The notes under the pieces were generated by a model. That model searched no databases. It was given only the letters and a program-made list of their open reading frames with translations, and had not been told where the DNA came from. A DNA stretch of 64,000 bases from a virus, in IMG/VR virus record IMGVR_UViG_3300011116_000922, positions 64,001 through 128,000 of that record. One strand, given 5' to 3'. This document shows, piece by piece, positions 9,532-19,597 of this stretch (the first letter of the stretch is position 1; every line of letters begins with the position of its first letter). A program made the translations under genes and the position numbers.

Positions 9532-10448
9532 GTGAAACCGAAGACGCTTGCCTACGCGAATACGAAAAGAACCACTGTTGGCAATACGACATCCGCCTCC
9601 GCAACCGCGAGGAGGATCTTAAAGCCGCAGGACTCACGGAGGAGGTCGCACAGACCCTCCGTGTTTCGCATTTCACATTCCGCCCCATTACTTCTGCCGA
9701 GGACAAGGCAGAGGCAGTGGAGTTCATCAAGCGTCACGAATGGCTAGGCACTCTTTCGCAGTACACCACGCACTGGTTTGGCGCGTACTACCACGATCCC
9801 GATCAGGGCTTGGTGGGCAAGGACATTCTTGCGGGTGTGTGCTTGATGAATCTGCCCAATGCATTTTCTAAATTGCTTGGGGAAGACACCAAGAAAATCG
9901 AACGGCTCATCAGCCGTGGGGCTTGTGTGTCGTGGAGTCCCAAGAATCTTGCAAGTTCATTTCTTATGTGGTGCTGCGGGTGGATGGTAAAGAATTCGCC
10001 GTACCGCCTGTTTACCGCGTACTCTGATCCCACCGCAAAGGAACTGGGCACGATCTACCAAGCGTGTAACTTCTACTATTTGGGAAATGAAAGCGGAACC
10101 ACCACGCGGTACATCAACCCGTACACGGGCAAAGTGGTGAGCGACCGATTCTTCCGGGTGCGTTCTGCGTACAAGAAGTACGCCAAGGAACTTGGGATCC
10201 CGTGGGAAAAGGATTGGAACAACGATCAGAGTATGCTGTGGGAGAACATCCCGGACAATGTGGAAAAGCAGTTGCGGGAACACTCCAAGAAGAAGCAGCA
10301 GGGTGCAACCAAGATCACCATGCCAAGCAAGCACAAGTATGCGTTCGTGCTTGGTGCAACAAAAGCCGAAACCAAAAAGTTGCGGCAGGAGTTTGAGACA
10401 CGGAACGCAAATATCATCAAGCCGTATCCAAAGGATCGTGGCAAATGA
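9528..10448 (+). CDS. Mom-like (GNAT-fold) DNA modification protein
   Basis: EFIKRHEW, LISRGAC..PKNLAS, AYSDPTAKELGTIYQACNFYYLG matches the Mom-family (A/S)D..GxIYQAxNW/FxYxG motif; KHKY near C-terminus. Confidence 0.7.
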   Translation: MSETEDACLREYEKNHCWQYDIRLRNREEDLKAAGLTEEVAQTLRVSHFTFRPITSAEDKAEAVEFIKRHEWLGTLSQYTTHWFGAYYHDPDQGLVGKDILAGVCLMNLPNAFSKLLGEDTKKIERLISRGACVSWSPKNLASSFLMWCCGWMVKNSPYRLFTAYSDPTAKELGTIYQACNFYYLGNESGTTTRYINPYTGKVVSDRFFRVRSAYKKYAKELGIPWEKDWNNDQSMLWENIPDNVEKQLREHSKKKQQGATKITMPSKHKYAFVLGATKAETKKLRQEFETRNANIIKPYPKDRGK

Positions 10449-10981
10449 GTACAGACGAAACATGGTTGCCTCTTAAACGGTTTGGCAAGGTGATTCCCGA
10501 TTATGTCATTTCCGATCAGGGAAGAGTGCGAAAAATAAGCACCAACGAAATTCTCACACCAAACACCACGGGTCAGCCCGACAAGGGGTGGGCAGCACTG
10601 TGCGTCAGCATACGAATCCCGTCTACCGATTTTTTTGGTGAGGAGTACAGGTACGCATCACGCAGCATTACTGTGAGAATTCACAGGCTTGTCATGGAAG
10701 CGTTTCGTCCTATTGACGAATATCCGCCCATTCCCAAGAGTGATTGGGAAGCCGCGCCGGAAAGTGCAAAGCAGTTCATCCGTGAAAGTGTGCTGATAGA
10801 TCACATAAACAACGATCCCCTAGATAATCGTTTGGAGAATCTGCGGTGGATTTCGGCTCTGCAAAATAGCGGAGTGCGAAAGAAAGCCAAGATGTTAAAA
10901 GACGGAATTGAATTGCCGCAAAAGCGTGAAGTAAAAATTAAAGAATCATCAACCTCAACATTAGAAAGTGTATTCGCATGA
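10445..10981 (+). CDS. NUMOD4-HNH homing endonuclease
   Basis: ETW....YVISDQGRVR (NUMOD4), IHRLVMEAF, IDHINNDPLDNRLENLRW. Confidence 0.82.
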   Translation: MSTDETWLPLKRFGKVIPDYVISDQGRVRKISTNEILTPNTTGQPDKGWAALCVSIRIPSTDFFGEEYRYASRSITVRIHRLVMEAFRPIDEYPPIPKSDWEAAPESAKQFIRESVLIDHINNDPLDNRLENLRWISALQNSGVRKKAKMLKDGIELPQKREVKIKESSTSTLESVFA

Positions 10982-11244
10982 AGAATAAGTTCAAGCCAAT
11001 TGGAAAGTGGATCGCGGTTCAGACAAACTTGGGCGGCGAAAAGACCACCGAAGCGGGAATCATTTATACGGAGAAGGTGAAGAGCCGACTAATTTGGAGT
11101 ACCGTGGTGGCAGTCAGCCCCGATCTCACCGAGGACATTAAAGTGGGAGACAAGGTGCTTTGGGACTTGACGAAGAACGCAGGTCGCGGGTATGATGGCA
11201 AGGATATGGTTCATCAGGATTGGGTCGAACTCGTAGATCGCTAA
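10978..11244 (+). CDS. groES: GroES-like co-chaperonin
   Basis: FKPIGKWIAV, TEAGII mobile loop, VVAVSP, IKVGDKVL. Confidence 0.75.
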   Translation: MKNKFKPIGKWIAVQTNLGGEKTTEAGIIYTEKVKSRLIWSTVVAVSPDLTEDIKVGDKVLWDLTKNAGRGYDGKDMVHQDWVELVDR

Positions 11245-11253
11245 AGGAGCATC

Positions 11254-13809
11254 GTGGACTTTTACACTTCCGTTGATATTCGTGGCAAGAACATCCTGTA
11301 CCGTGGATGGAAGAACGGGCAGCGGCAGCACATTCGTGTTCCGTTCTGTCCCACTCTGTACATTCCAAGCAACAAGGACAAGACCGAATTCACCACGATC
11401 AACGGCAATCCCGTTGAGCCTGTTCAGTTTGACGGCATTCAGGAAGCGCGAGAGTTTATTGACCGCTTCAAGGATGTGTCCAACTACTCCGTGTACGGCA
11501 ACACGAACTTTGTGTACCAGTACTTGTACAAGGAGTTTCCCAACGAGGTGGAATACAATTTCAATGCCCTGAAGATTGCCAATCTAGACATTGAGACTTC
11601 CTGCGAAGGCGGATTCCCCAATGTGGATTCGCCCATCGAGCGTATCCTTGCCCTTACCGTTTCAATGGGCGGCAAGACCTATATGTTGGGATTGGGAGAC
11701 TTCCATATCGTGGAAGAAGGAGTCCAGTACACGCCATACGAGGACGAGCGCGAAATGATTGCTGCGTTCGTGGAGTTGTGGAAGTGGCTTGATCCCGATG
11801 TCGTGACGGGGTGGAACATCCGGTTCTTCGATATTCCGTACCTTGTGGCACGGATGAACCGCCTTGAAGAAGAGTGGGGAAACTGCCTGTCGCCTTGGGG
11901 ACGGTTGCGGGAAACCAACATCACCCGCATGGGACGGGAGCAGAAGGCATATGTGATTAGTGGCATTGCCCAACTGGATTACTTTGAGTTGTATCAGACA
12001 TTCACCTATGTGAAGCAGGAGTCGTACACCCTGAACCATATTGCAAAGGTGGAATTGAATGAAGGCAAGTTGTCGTATGGCGAGTACGAAACCATTCAGG
12101 AATTCTACACCAAAGACTTTCAGAAGTTCATGGAGTATAACCTGCAAGATGTGCGGCTTGTGGACAAACTGGAATCCAAACTGAAACTCATGGAACTGGC
12201 AGTAGCCTTGGCGTATTCTGCCCATGTGAATCTTGAGGATGTGTTTTCGCAAGTCCGCACATGGGATGCCATTATCCACCACCACTTGATGAGCAAGGGC
12301 ATGGTGATTCCGCAGAAGAAGACCAACGACAAGGACGAGCAGTACGCGGGTGCGTATGTCAAGGATCCCCTTGTGGGCAAGCACGATTGGGTGGTGAGTT
12401 TCGACTTGAACTCCCTGTATCCCCACCTTATCATGCAGTACAATATTTCCCCTGAAACCAAGGATCCCAATCCGGTTTGGAAGCGCGGAGTGATTAGCCC
12501 CGACTCCATCTTGAGCCGCAATCGTGGTCAGCCTGTAACCACATTCATTGATCCTGCGGAATATCTGAATGACGCAAAGCGGTGCAACATGGCTATAGCC
12601 GCCAACGGCGTTGCGTTCCGGCGTGATCGGCAGGGGTTCCTGCCTGAACTCATGGAGAAGATGTACGCAGAACGCAAGCACTACAAGGGCTTGATGATTG
12701 CCGCGCAGAAGCGGTTGGTGGACTTGGACAAGACTGCCCCTGCGGAAGAGCGGCAGCGGATTGAGTACGAGATTTCCAAGTACCACAACTTCCAGTTGGT
12801 TCGTAAGATTCAGTTGAACTCTGCTTACGGCGCAATCGGCAACCAGTACTTCCGGTTCTTTGATGTGGCACTCGCGGAAGCCATTACCCTGTCGGGGCAG
12901 TTGAGCATTCAATGGATTGGTGACGCACTCAACCGCTTCCTGAACAAAGTGCTGAAGAAGGAAGGCGAGGACTATGTGATTGCTTCCGACACGGACTCCG
13001 TGTATCTGCGCCTTGGCGATGTGGTGAAGCAGTCCATCAAGGACGAGAGCGACACGCAGAAGATCGTGGACTTTCTGAACCAGTTCTGTGATCGGGTGCT
13101 TCAGCCGTACATTGACAAGCAGTTCGAAGAACTGGCTTCCATTATGAATGCGTATGCCGACAAGATGGCAATGGGACGCGAAGTCATTGCAGAGCGAGGC
13201 GTGTGGACTGCCAAGAAGCGGTATATGCTGTCTGTGTGGGATACCGAAGGTGTGCGCTACAAGACTCCCAAGTTCAAGATCATGGGCATGGAGACTGCGC
13301 GTTCGTCCACCCCTGCGTATGTTCGCAAGGCTCTGAAGACCGCGATTGAAATGGTTCTCATGCGGGACGAAGCCACGCTGCAAAGGTATGTCCGCAAGAC
13401 CGAGCAAGAATTCAAGTCCTTGCCTGTTGAGGATGTTGCTTCTCCCCGTGGTGTTTCGAATATTCGTGAGTACTCAACGGAGTCCACGATTTACAAGAAA
13501 GCCACGCCCATTGCGGTGAAGGCAGCACTGCTGCACAACAGCATCGTGAAGAAACTGAAACTGGATCGCAAGTATCGTCTGATTGGCGAAGGCGAGAAGA
13601 TCAAGTTCATTTATCTGAAGACTCCCAATCCAATTCGTGAAACCGTTATTGGATTCACCACATCGCTGCCGAAGGAATTCGAACTTCAGAAATACATTGA
13701 CTACGACACCCAGTTCAACAAGACTTTCTTGGAACCACTCCGTGCCATCACCGATGCGGTGGGATGGAATCCCGAGGAAACGAATACTCTAGATTCACTG
13801 TTTGCTTGA
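11254..13809 (+). CDS. gp43: family B DNA polymerase (T4 gp43-like)
   Basis: DIET exonuclease, FDLNSLYP, KIQLNSAYG, SDTDS, KKRY. Confidence 0.97.
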   Translation: MDFYTSVDIRGKNILYRGWKNGQRQHIRVPFCPTLYIPSNKDKTEFTTINGNPVEPVQFDGIQEAREFIDRFKDVSNYSVYGNTNFVYQYLYKEFPNEVEYNFNALKIANLDIETSCEGGFPNVDSPIERILALTVSMGGKTYMLGLGDFHIVEEGVQYTPYEDEREMIAAFVELWKWLDPDVVTGWNIRFFDIPYLVARMNRLEEEWGNCLSPWGRLRETNITRMGREQKAYVISGIAQLDYFELYQTFTYVKQESYTLNHIAKVELNEGKLSYGEYETIQEFYTKDFQKFMEYNLQDVRLVDKLESKLKLMELAVALAYSAHVNLEDVFSQVRTWDAIIHHHLMSKGMVIPQKKTNDKDEQYAGAYVKDPLVGKHDWVVSFDLNSLYPHLIMQYNISPETKDPNPVWKRGVISPDSILSRNRGQPVTTFIDPAEYLNDAKRCNMAIAANGVAFRRDRQGFLPELMEKMYAERKHYKGLMIAAQKRLVDLDKTAPAEERQRIEYEISKYHNFQLVRKIQLNSAYGAIGNQYFRFFDVALAEAITLSGQLSIQWIGDALNRFLNKVLKKEGEDYVIASDTDSVYLRLGDVVKQSIKDESDTQKIVDFLNQFCDRVLQPYIDKQFEELASIMNAYADKMAMGREVIAERGVWTAKKRYMLSVWDTEGVRYKTPKFKIMGMETARSSTPAYVRKALKTAIEMVLMRDEATLQRYVRKTEQEFKSLPVEDVASPRGVSNIREYSTESTIYKKATPIAVKAALLHNSIVKKLKLDRKYRLIGEGEKIKFIYLKTPNPIRETVIGFTTSLPKEFELQKYIDYDTQFNKTFLEPLRAITDAVGWNPEETNTLDSLFA

Positions 13810-13851
13810 CCGACACCTACATACTATAACCCTTAACAATGGAGATTTATC

Positions 13852-14187
13852 ATGGCTACCAAGATTTTGAAGATGCGTAGTGGAGAAGAAGTGATCGCAA
13901 GAACCACCGAGAAGTTTGAAGGCGACAAGGTGGTTGCGTATACCCTCAAGAATCCGTGTATGCTTGTGCCCATGCCCGGTCGTGGCAATCAGGGCCCAAG
14001 CCTTGCCATCGTGCCGTGGATGGCATCGGTCAAGCAGGATCAGGGATTTGATATTCCAAAGGATGCCGTGCTGTTCACCGCAGAACCACTGGACGAACTC
14101 GCAAATGAATTTAATAGCGCGTTTGGTTCCGGTCTTGTTGTGCCAACCAAGGACATGGCAGTTCCCTCGCTCAAGTTGACTACTTGA
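13852..14187 (+). CDS. conserved T4-like hypothetical protein (Sm-like)
   Basis: KMRSGEEVIA..TLKNP..PWM..FGSGLVVP; SD GGAG. Confidence 0.65.
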   Translation: MATKILKMRSGEEVIARTTEKFEGDKVVAYTLKNPCMLVPMPGRGNQGPSLAIVPWMASVKQDQGFDIPKDAVLFTAEPLDELANEFNSAFGSGLVVPTKDMAVPSLKLTT

Positions 14188-14188
14188 A

Positions 14189-14368
14189 ATGATTCCACCC
14201 GAGGTGGACAAGCCATATATTTGTAACCTCCTGCGGCAACGCAAGGAGTGGTTGCAAAATGAAGTAAAGCGTCTGACCCTTGACAAGTCAGGTTCTTTGG
14301 CTATCATAGAGCAGTATATCCGTGAGATGGAAAACATAGACACACAACGAAAGGCATTGAGCAAATGA
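14189..14368 (+). CDS. small hypothetical protein (59 aa, not in ORF track)
   Basis: MIPPEVDKPY...RKALSK fills the gap, stop overlaps uvsX start (ATGA). Confidence 0.55.
   Translation: MIPPEVDKPYICNLLRQRKEWLQNEVKRLTLDKSGSLAIIEQYIREMENIDTQRKALSK
14280..14307 (+). promoter_or_regulatory. sigma70-type promoter upstream of uvsX
   Basis: TTGACA-N16-TATCAT. Confidence 0.55.
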
Positions 14369-15411
14369 AACTGAAGGACATTCTGAAGGCAGCAGGAAAC
14401 AAGTACGCCACCGTAGCCTCTGACGGCTTGGAGGGCAGCGATGTGAAGGGTTACATCTCCACGGGATCGTATGCATTCAACGCCCTGTTGAGCGGTTCCA
14501 TCCACGGTGGAATGCCTGACAACAAGATCATTGCCCTTGCAGGTGAGCAAGCCACGGGCAAGACCTACTTTGCGCTGAATGTGGTTCGGGAATTCCTGAA
14601 CTCCGATCCCAACGCAATGGTCATGTACTTTGACACGGAGCAATCCATTACATCGGATCTGCTGCGGGATCGTGGAATTGACACCGACCGCGTAGCCGTG
14701 CTGCCCGTGGCTACGGTGGAAGAGTTCCGCCACCAGTGTGTTCTCGCGGTGGACAAGTACCTTGAAGCAGACAAGGACTCTCGCCCACGCATGATGATCG
14801 TGTTGGATTCCCTTGGAATGTTGTCCACCGAGAAGGAAATGAACGACACCGCAGAAGGCAAGAACACCCGCGACATGACTCGCGCACAGGTCACGAAGGC
14901 AGCGTTCCGCGTCCTGACCATCAAGTTGGGTCACGCACGGATTCCCCTGCTGATGACAAACCACACCTACGATGTGGTGGGTGCGTATGTTCCAATGAAG
15001 GAGATGGGCGGTGGTAGCGGTCTGAAGTACGCTGCGTCCACCATCATCTACCTGTCCAAGAAGAAGGACAAGGTGGACAACGAGGTGGTGGGCAACATCA
15101 TTCACTGCAAGGCACACAAGAGCCGTTTGACCAAGCAGGACAAGATGGTGGATGTCCAGTTGAATTTTGAAACAGGACTAAACAAGTATTACGGACTGCT
15201 TGACATTGCCATCAAGTACGGTATCTTCAACAAGGTGTCCACGAAGATCCAGTTGCCTGACGGCAAGACTGCGTTTGAGTCGCAGATCAACAAGAACCCC
15301 GAGAAGTACTACACCGAAGACATCCTGAAGGCTATTGACATTGCTGCCAAGAAGGAGTTCTGCTACGGCAAGGACGAGGCTCAACCCGTTGAGGAAGACA
15401 CCGATGGATAA
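14365..15411 (+). CDS. uvsX: UvsX RecA-like recombinase
   Basis: ISTGS, GEQATGKT, FDTE, VLDSLG, MGGGSGLKYAAS. Confidence 0.95.
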   Translation: MKLKDILKAAGNKYATVASDGLEGSDVKGYISTGSYAFNALLSGSIHGGMPDNKIIALAGEQATGKTYFALNVVREFLNSDPNAMVMYFDTEQSITSDLLRDRGIDTDRVAVLPVATVEEFRHQCVLAVDKYLEADKDSRPRMMIVLDSLGMLSTEKEMNDTAEGKNTRDMTRAQVTKAAFRVLTIKLGHARIPLLMTNHTYDVVGAYVPMKEMGGGSGLKYAASTIIYLSKKKDKVDNEVVGNIIHCKAHKSRLTKQDKMVDVQLNFETGLNKYYGLLDIAIKYGIFNKVSTKIQLPDGKTAFESQINKNPEKYYTEDILKAIDIAAKKEFCYGKDEAQPVEEDTDG

Positions 15412-15685
15412 GATGGATCGGGAACGGTACATCCGTATCCAAAACGGAGCGGAGGATCTGACACCCGAAGAGGTGGAGGACGGGTGGCATTTTTGTACTG
15501 AATGGGATGATATGTTGATCCATCCCGACCATGACGAGTTTCAGTGCTGCCACTGCTCTTGGATGGACAAATTCCGCACTCCCGAGCGTCAGGCTGCATA
15601 CGAGAAGCGTATGGACGAGTGGCAGAAGCGACAGGAAGCAATGAATAAACTCTCTGATCTAGACGAAGAGTTGGGTCTGTTTTAA
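15404..15685 (+). CDS. hypothetical protein
   Basis: Fills uvsX-helicase gap; GWHFC.EWD..C.C possible metal site. Confidence 0.6.
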   Translation: MDKMDRERYIRIQNGAEDLTPEEVEDGWHFCTEWDDMLIHPDHDEFQCCHCSWMDKFRTPERQAAYEKRMDEWQKRQEAMNKLSDLDEELGLF

Positions 15686-15694
15686 GGAGATATA

Positions 15695-17107
15695 ATGAGC
15701 AGCATTGAACAAACCATTATTGCAGGACTCCTCAACAACGAAGAGTTCTGCAAGAAGGCTGCGCCATTTGTTCAGGAAGAGTACTTTGCGAGTCGATCCG
15801 ACCGTTCGGTATTCCGAGAGATCAAGTCCTTCATGGACAAGTACAAGGGGGTTCCTTCCAAGGAAGCCCTCCTTATCTCTTTGGAGGGTGACAAGTCCCT
15901 GACAGAAGAGGAAGTCAAGCGTTCCCGTGACATGGTTGATACCGTGTCGCGTTCTGCCAAGCAGGACACGCAATGGCTACTGGACACCACGGAGAAGTTC
16001 TGCAAGGACAAAGCCCTGTACAACGCGGTGCTTGAATCCATTCATATCATTGACGGCAAGGACAAGGTGCGTACACCCAATGCCCTGCCTGAAATATTGA
16101 GCAAGGCTCTTTCGGTTTCGTTTGATACAAATATCGGTCACGATTATTTGGAAAACTACGAATCCCGATACGAAGTCCTGCACCGTGAAGAGGACAAGAT
16201 TCCGTTTGACTTGGAGATGTTCAACCTTATCACCAAGGGCGGCGTGTCTCCCAAGACATTCAATGTAATCATGGCAGGAACAGGCGTGGGCAAGTCCCTG
16301 TTCATGTGCCACCACGCCGCTTGCTGCCTGATGCAAAACAAGAATGTCCTGTACATTACGCTTGAAATGGCAGAAGAGCGCATTGCAGAGCGTATTGACG
16401 CAAACATCATGGACATCACAATGGATGAACTCCATGAACTGCCAATGGAAATGTACGAGAAGCGGCTCAAGGCATCCACCCGTGGGGTAAGCGGTAAACT
16501 CATCATCAAGGAGTACCCCACATCGGTGGCAAATGCCAACCACTTCAGAATTCTCATGGACGAACTTAAACTAAAGAAGGGGTTCGTGCCTGATATCGTG
16601 TTCATCGACTATATCAATATTTGTTCTTCTGCTCGTCTAAAGAGCGGTGGCAGCAATGTGAATTCATATAGTTACATCAAGGCAATTGCAGAAGAACTGC
16701 GCGGTCTTGCAATGGAACGGAATGTGCCCATCTTTACAGCCACACAGGTGAACCGTTCAGGATATTCGTCCACCGATGTGGAACTCACCGATACTTCAGA
16801 GTCATTCGGTCTGCCCCACACCGCAGACTTCATGGCAGCACTTATTACAACTGAAGAATTGGAAAAGGCAGGACAGATCATGGTAAAGCAGTTGAAGAAC
16901 CGCTACAATACCAAAGCCGCGAACAAGAAGTTTATCGTGGGTCTGAACTACTCCAAGATGAAGTTCTACGATGTCAAGAAGGACGAATTTGAAGACCTGA
17001 CCGATGCCAAGAGTACCAAGGAAGAAGGTTTCGGCAGCGGGTACGGCAAGCGTGACTTCAACAAGAAGTTTGGTGGCGACAAAGACGCAAGCAGTTGGAA
17101 TTTTTAA
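15695..17107 (+). CDS. gp41: DnaB-like replicative helicase (T4 gp41)
   Basis: AGTGVGKS, ITLEMAEE, IDYIN, TATQVNR, SESFGLP, KNRY. Confidence 0.96.
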   Translation: MSSIEQTIIAGLLNNEEFCKKAAPFVQEEYFASRSDRSVFREIKSFMDKYKGVPSKEALLISLEGDKSLTEEEVKRSRDMVDTVSRSAKQDTQWLLDTTEKFCKDKALYNAVLESIHIIDGKDKVRTPNALPEILSKALSVSFDTNIGHDYLENYESRYEVLHREEDKIPFDLEMFNLITKGGVSPKTFNVIMAGTGVGKSLFMCHHAACCLMQNKNVLYITLEMAEERIAERIDANIMDITMDELHELPMEMYEKRLKASTRGVSGKLIIKEYPTSVANANHFRILMDELKLKKGFVPDIVFIDYINICSSARLKSGGSNVNSYSYIKAIAEELRGLAMERNVPIFTATQVNRSGYSSTDVELTDTSESFGLPHTADFMAALITTEELEKAGQIMVKQLKNRYNTKAANKKFIVGLNYSKMKFYDVKKDEFEDLTDAKSTKEEGFGSGYGKRDFNKKFGGDKDASSWNF

Positions 17108-17127
17108 ATAATCAGGGTATTCCTTAC

Positions 17128-18135
17128 ATGAATAATACAACAAAAAAAGCAATAATTACAGGCGTAAACGGACAAGACGGCTCGTACCTTGCGGATCTGC
17201 TGATCTCTAAGGGGTACTTTGTGGTGGGACTCAAGCGGCGCACCTCGCTCATCAACACAGAGCGCGTTGACCACATCTACACCAACGAGGTTTCCAACTC
17301 TCAGTTCAAAATGTGCTATTACGATCTGACTGACAGCGGAGCGTTCACAAATCTGCTTGTGAAGCACAAGCCTGATGAGGTGTACAATCTTGCAGCACAG
17401 TCCCATGTCGCGGTTTCGTTTGATGTTCCTGAGTACACCAGTGATGGTATTGCGGGTGGAACGCTGAAGATGCTTGAAGCCATTCGGTCGGTGTCTCCAC
17501 AAACCCGCTTCTATCAGGCTTCGTCTTCGGAAATGTACGGAGACTCAACCGATTACGGCACTACAGGCTACACCGAAAACAGCCGAATGACCCCAGTGTC
17601 ACCGTATGCGGTAGCCAAACTCCACGCACACCACATGACTCGCGTGTATCGTGAAGCCTACGGACTCCACGCAAGTTCAGGCATTCTGTTCAACCACGAA
17701 AGCCCACGCCGTGGAGAGACTTTCGTGACGCGCAAGATCACCATTGCTGCCGCTCGTATTGCACAGGGCAAGCAGAAGAAACTGCTGCTTGGCAACATTG
17801 ACGCAAAGCGCGATTGGGGATTCGCAGGAGACTATGTGGATGCCATGTGGCAAATGCTGCAACAGCCGCAGGGCGATGACTATGTGGTGGCTACGAATCG
17901 TACTCACTCCGTGCGTGAATTTTTGGAAGTAGTATTTGATTATGCGGGCTTGGGCGATTATGAAAAGTATGTGCAGATTGACCCGCGTCTATTCCGTCCC
18001 AACGAGGTTCCGTATCTGCTTGGCAATCCTGAAAAAGCCAAACGGGTATTGCATTGGGAACCAAAGCATGATATGATCGCGCTTGCAAAGATGATGTACG
18101 ATTCAGATTATTTGCGAGAGAATTCTAAACCCTAA
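17128..18135 (+). CDS. gmd: GDP-mannose 4,6-dehydratase
   Basis: ITGVNGQDGSYL, LAAQSHVAVSF, YQASSSE, FNHESPRRGETFVTRKIT, RDWG. Confidence 0.95.
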   Translation: MNNTTKKAIITGVNGQDGSYLADLLISKGYFVVGLKRRTSLINTERVDHIYTNEVSNSQFKMCYYDLTDSGAFTNLLVKHKPDEVYNLAAQSHVAVSFDVPEYTSDGIAGGTLKMLEAIRSVSPQTRFYQASSSEMYGDSTDYGTTGYTENSRMTPVSPYAVAKLHAHHMTRVYREAYGLHASSGILFNHESPRRGETFVTRKITIAAARIAQGKQKKLLLGNIDAKRDWGFAGDYVDAMWQMLQQPQGDDYVVATNRTHSVREFLEVVFDYAGLGDYEKYVQIDPRLFRPNEVPYLLGNPEKAKRVLHWEPKHDMIALAKMMYDSDYLRENSKP

Positions 18136-19127
18136 TGTCCGCTCTCATAGACAAGAAATACATTAATTTGGTTTCGCCCCAGTTGCAGCGGTTCAAGTGG
18201 AAAAGCGATAAACTTGCCAATTGCAGGTGTCCTATTTGCGGTGACTCGCAAAAGAACAAGACCAAGGCGCGTGGATTTTTCTTTCCCAAGAAGAACGACT
18301 ACTTCTTCAAGTGCCACAACTGCGGCATCGGGCACACCATGTACAAGTTCTTGGAGATCGTGGCTCCGGTGCTGTGCCGTGAGTACGCATTGGAGCGGTG
18401 GCGCAACGGCGAGAACGGGCATTCCAATTACACCAAGCCTGTTGAGACAGAAATCATCAAGCCCAAGATTCGAATGTCCCTGCCGAAGATTTCTGAATTG
18501 CCGCCCAACCACGCAGCCCGTGTATATTTGGAATCGCGCAAGATCCCGTGCTTGGATCGGTTTTATTTCAGTAGTGGGTTCGGTGATTGGGTTCGTGGGA
18601 TCGACCCTACATATTCCACCGTTCCAAATGACGAACGAATCGTCATCCCGTTCCTGAACAAGAGTGGAGAACTGCTTGGTGTGCAAGGACGAGCAATCGG
18701 TGGCTCCAAGAATGCCATACGGTACATTACCGTGAAGTTTGTAAAGAATGGCAGAATATTTTTTGGAGGAGACACCGTTGACTATTCCCGAAGAGTGTAT
18801 GCCACGGAAGGCCCGATTGATTCCGTATTTGTTGATAATGGGATTGCTTTTGCAGGTAGCGAAGTGGGAGATATCATTAGGGGCTTTAGCGATGTGGTTG
18901 TTGTTTTGGATAATGAGCCGCGCAACCGAGAAATTGTGGAAGCCACCCGTGAAGCCATTGAAGCGGGTCACCAAGTCTGCGTGTGGGATACTGGAATTCT
19001 AGAAAAAGATATTAACGACATGGTGCTTTCAGGAAAAAGCCCGCAGCAGATCCGCGAAGACATTGATAGATACTCTTGCAGCGGAATGGAAGCACGATTA
19101 AGATGGAGCCAATGGAAAAGGATCTAA
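18135..19127 (+). CDS. gp61: DNA primase (T4 gp61)
   Basis: CPICGDS..CHNC zinc finger, EGPIDS, DNEPRN, KDINDM TOPRIM. Confidence 0.95.
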   Translation: MSALIDKKYINLVSPQLQRFKWKSDKLANCRCPICGDSQKNKTKARGFFFPKKNDYFFKCHNCGIGHTMYKFLEIVAPVLCREYALERWRNGENGHSNYTKPVETEIIKPKIRMSLPKISELPPNHAARVYLESRKIPCLDRFYFSSGFGDWVRGIDPTYSTVPNDERIVIPFLNKSGELLGVQGRAIGGSKNAIRYITVKFVKNGRIFFGGDTVDYSRRVYATEGPIDSVFVDNGIAFAGSEVGDIIRGFSDVVVVLDNEPRNREIVEATREAIEAGHQVCVWDTGILEKDINDMVLSGKSPQQIREDIDRYSCSGMEARLRWSQWKRI

Positions 19128-19128
19128 C

Positions 19129-19371
19129 ATGAGCAACGAAGAAGAAGACGAATACAGCATCAAGCACCCCATCGTTAGTTACGCATTCGCAATAATGGAA
19201 TATGTGCAAAGCACCGATCCCGAACTGTTCAAGAGAGCCGTGGAATACGCGGAAGACCTGACAGGCGTAAACATCAGCGATTTCAAACTAGAAGAAATCA
19301 CTGACGAAGACGATGATCTGGAAAACGACATCACCGAAGAAATCGAAGAATACAACGAAGACGATGAGTGA
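19129..19371 (+). CDS. acidic hypothetical protein
   Basis: Operonic ORF, very acidic C-terminus. Confidence 0.6.
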   Translation: MSNEEEDEYSIKHPIVSYAFAIMEYVQSTDPELFKRAVEYAEDLTGVNISDFKLEEITDEDDDLENDITEEIEEYNEDDE

Positions 19372-19597
19372 ATACAGACTAAATGACATAAACGATTACT
19401 GCAACGAGCAAGTAACCAAACTACTGCTTGATCGTATAAGTCAGATGCCTGTGCTGACCCGTGTGGAAGCAGCGTCCATGTCACAGATGTTTTCGTTTTG
19501 GAATGAGATTCAAGACACCCTTATTTGTGCTGCTGAAGAAATCAAGCGGCTAAATGCAAAAATAGCAGAACTGGAATCACAGAATGGCGGAAAGTGA
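19364..19597 (+). CDS. hypothetical protein
   Basis: MSEYRL... with C-terminal coiled coil, overlaps neighbours. Confidence 0.55.
   Translation: MSEYRLNDINDYCNEQVTKLLLDRISQMPVLTRVEAASMSQMFSFWNEIQDTLICAAEEIKRLNAKIAELESQNGGK

Noticed and set aside
11662-15117. Antisense ORFs of 581 aa and 440 aa over polymerase and uvsX
   Set aside because: Shadow ORFs of conserved genes
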